Source: Hamiltosporidium tvaerminnensis FI-OER-3-3 (lineage: Eukaryota > Fungi > Microsporidia). Taken from it: a stretch of 64,000 nt of DNA. Every line of letters starts with the position of its first letter. Position 1 is the first letter of the stretch. Shown here piece after piece: positions 61,943 through 64,000 of this stretch. The position numbers and the translations under genes are program-made. Location of the stretch: assembly GCA_022605425.2 (NCBI GenBank), contig CM061246.1, forward strand, positions 124,001 through 188,000, given 5' to 3'. A model generated the notes under the pieces. That model did not search any database. It saw only the letters and a list, made by a program, of their open reading frames with translations, and was not told the DNA's origin.

Positions 61943-63157
61943 ATGTCTCTAGAAAAATTGAAGGATGTAATTTCAAATATTGCAAACGAAGATCCCGAAA
62001 TAGTTGATGAGCGAATTTCACTTTTAGGTTCTGAGTTGCGTGGTTTAAAAGGAGAAGTAACAAATGTAGACTATGAAATCGGTATTAGGCGTACATCTAC
62101 CAGTGAAAACTATGAAAAAATCAAACTTCATAAAACATTACCATATCTTGTTGCCACTGTCATTGAAGTTCTGTATTGTGAAAAAACAGGAGATGTTAAT
62201 GTTGTATTGATGACATCTACTCGTGTGAATATGCTTATTCTTAATCCTGGACTGGTTGATCCAGCTAAACTTTTACCGGGAACACTGGTTGGTGTACAGA
62301 AAGAGAGTAACGTAATTTTGGAAATAATCGAACCGGAATTTGATACAAGAGTCAAGGCTATGGAGTTAGAAGAACGGCCGTTGGAGAATTATGAAGATAT
62401 TGGTGGATTGGAGAGGCAAATAGAGGAACTTAATGAAGCAGTCGTTTTGCCATTTTTGCATCCTGAAAAATTCATAAAAATGAATATTCGCCCACCAAAA
62501 GGTGTTTTAATGTATGGACCACCTGGTACAGGTAAGACACTCATGGCCCGTGCATGTGCTTCCAAGACCAAGGCAACATTTATTAAATTGGCTGGTACTC
62601 AACTGGTTCAGATGTATATCGGAGAAGGTGCACGCCTCGTTCGTGATACATTTGCACTTGCAAAGAAAAAGAAGCCGACTATAATATTTATCGATGAAAT
62701 TGATGCAATCGGTACAAAAAGAGTGGATTCCGATCGTAATGGAGATAGAGAAGTACAAAGAACCATGCTTGAACTTCTTAATCAATTGGATGGATTTGCG
62801 GTCAACGATGACATAAAAATAATTGCAGCAACTAACCGGCCTGATATTCTTGATCCTGCGCTGTTGCGAAGTGGAAGATTGGATAGGAAAATAGAATTCC
62901 CTCTTCCAAATTTGGAAGGAAGGAAAAGAATTCTACAAATACATTCACGTAAAATGGTTGTTCAGGATAATGTTAACTATGAAGAATTGGCGCGATCAAC
63001 TGAAGGTTTTAACGGGGCTCAATGTAAAGCTGCTACCGTCGAAGCTGGTATGCGTGCTTTAAAAAAGAAAAGAGAGGAAATAACTCAGAATGATTTTATG
63101 GATGGAATACAAGACGTATCTGCTGCAAAAAAATCCAGATATCATTATTATACGTAA
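61943..63157 (+). CDS. RPT5: 26S proteasome AAA ATPase Rpt5 (start likely ATG 61943 after CCCC)
   Basis: [56 protein letters not shown]. Confidence 0.96.
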   Translation: MSLEKLKDVISNIANEDPEIVDERISLLGSELRGLKGEVTNVDYEIGIRRTSTSENYEKIKLHKTLPYLVATVIEVLYCEKTGDVNVVLMTSTRVNMLILNPGLVDPAKLLPGTLVGVQKESNVILEIIEPEFDTRVKAMELEERPLENYEDIGGLERQIEELNEAVVLPFLHPEKFIKMNIRPPKGVLMYGPPGTGKTLMARACASKTKATFIKLAGTQLVQMYIGEGARLVRDTFALAKKKKPTIIFIDEIDAIGTKRVDSDRNGDREVQRTMLELLNQLDGFAVNDDIKIIAATNRPDILDPALLRSGRLDRKIEFPLPNLEGRKRILQIHSRKMVVQDNVNYEELARSTEGFNGAQCKAATVEAGMRALKKKREEITQNDFMDGIQDVSAAKKSRYHYYT

Positions 63158-64000
63158 TAAATATCTTTTTTTCAGTTTAATTTATTAATTATTTTGTTGT
63201 ATTTTCATATTGTAAATTTTAGGTTAAAAACATGTTTTTTTCCTGTATTGTTTTGAAAATTGATCATTTGATACACACGGATAAATATTTTTGTAAAAGA
63301 GATTTTTTTGTTTTTCCTTTTTTTTTCAATACTTTTTAGTTACAATTGTAAATCTTTTGTTTTATTTTTCAACTTTAAATGTTTAAAGTGAAAACTTAAC
63401 GTGATTTCGAAATATTTTTGTTTAAAAATATAATTTGGTTTATAAGCATTCTCATAGAAAGTAATTTGATAAATTTTCGTTTAAACTCGTTTTATAGAGA
63501 AATTTGAATCAAAATAATGTGATATTCCGTATTTTAAACAAATGATTTTTTTTCCTGAAGTCGGCCTAGATTTCAGAATGTAATTTACGATGGTTATTAA
63601 AGAGATTTCGTTAGATTTGTTGAGCAAAAGATAAAAATATTTTGAATTAAAATGCATATTAGATTATCCATAAAAAGTGAAAAACCTAAAATATTTATTA
63701 TTTTTTTAGATTTATTAATTTTTTTTGTGTGTTTTCCTAATTTATGATAAATTTAAGATTTTGGAATATTAGATTCGTAATATGAGAGCTAAGAAGATTA
63801 TTTCAATTAAATTTTTCTTTTATTTTAGGATGTTATTTTTTTCAAATATATTCAACAGATTTGCTTAAGTTTTTATATTTCTATGTAAGTAGTAATTTTT
63901 ATTAAAAGAATGTGAAAATCAATCATTAAATTCTTTGTATAATTATCTTTAACAGTTATATATTTTACAGAATTGAAGTTTAAATTGCACTTAGTTTATA

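Noticed and set aside
1-64000. tRNA, rRNA or snRNA genes
   Set aside because: No cloverleaf/T-loop or rRNA signature recognised by eye; tRNAscan-SE and Infernal would be needed to exclude them

Overview
This is very AT-rich, gene-sparse eukaryotic DNA. A CCC/GGG triplet sits just upstream of nearly every ATG, the housekeeping genes are intronless and divergent, and Asn-rich repeats are inserted into proteins. Together these point to a microsporidian with an expanded genome (Hamiltosporidium-like; inference). Genes: CCA-adding enzyme, histone H3, Ero1, TFIIS, RPL27, PP2A B56, class 3 lipase, a tyrosinase, a Brr2-like helicase, Rpn1, Elp2, Rpt5 and a few orphans. CCA1 and RPN1 are each split by a one-base frameshift in a homopolymer. 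Intergenic DNA holds four retroelement families: (A) a ~730 bp non-coding, apparently highly structured retroposon with 8 copies and 11-16 bp TSDs, plus 2 related heads; (B) a ~230 bp RTE-derived bipartite SINE with 4 copies; (C) 5'-truncated RLE-type (R4/NeSL-like) LINEs; (D) decayed RTE LINEs. The most notable signals are family A, the self-complementary in-frame repeat inserts in the Brr2 gene, and two sharp C-rich to G-rich strand-skew switches, one of which is shown to be independent of gene orientation. All alignments, folds and counts were done by eye.
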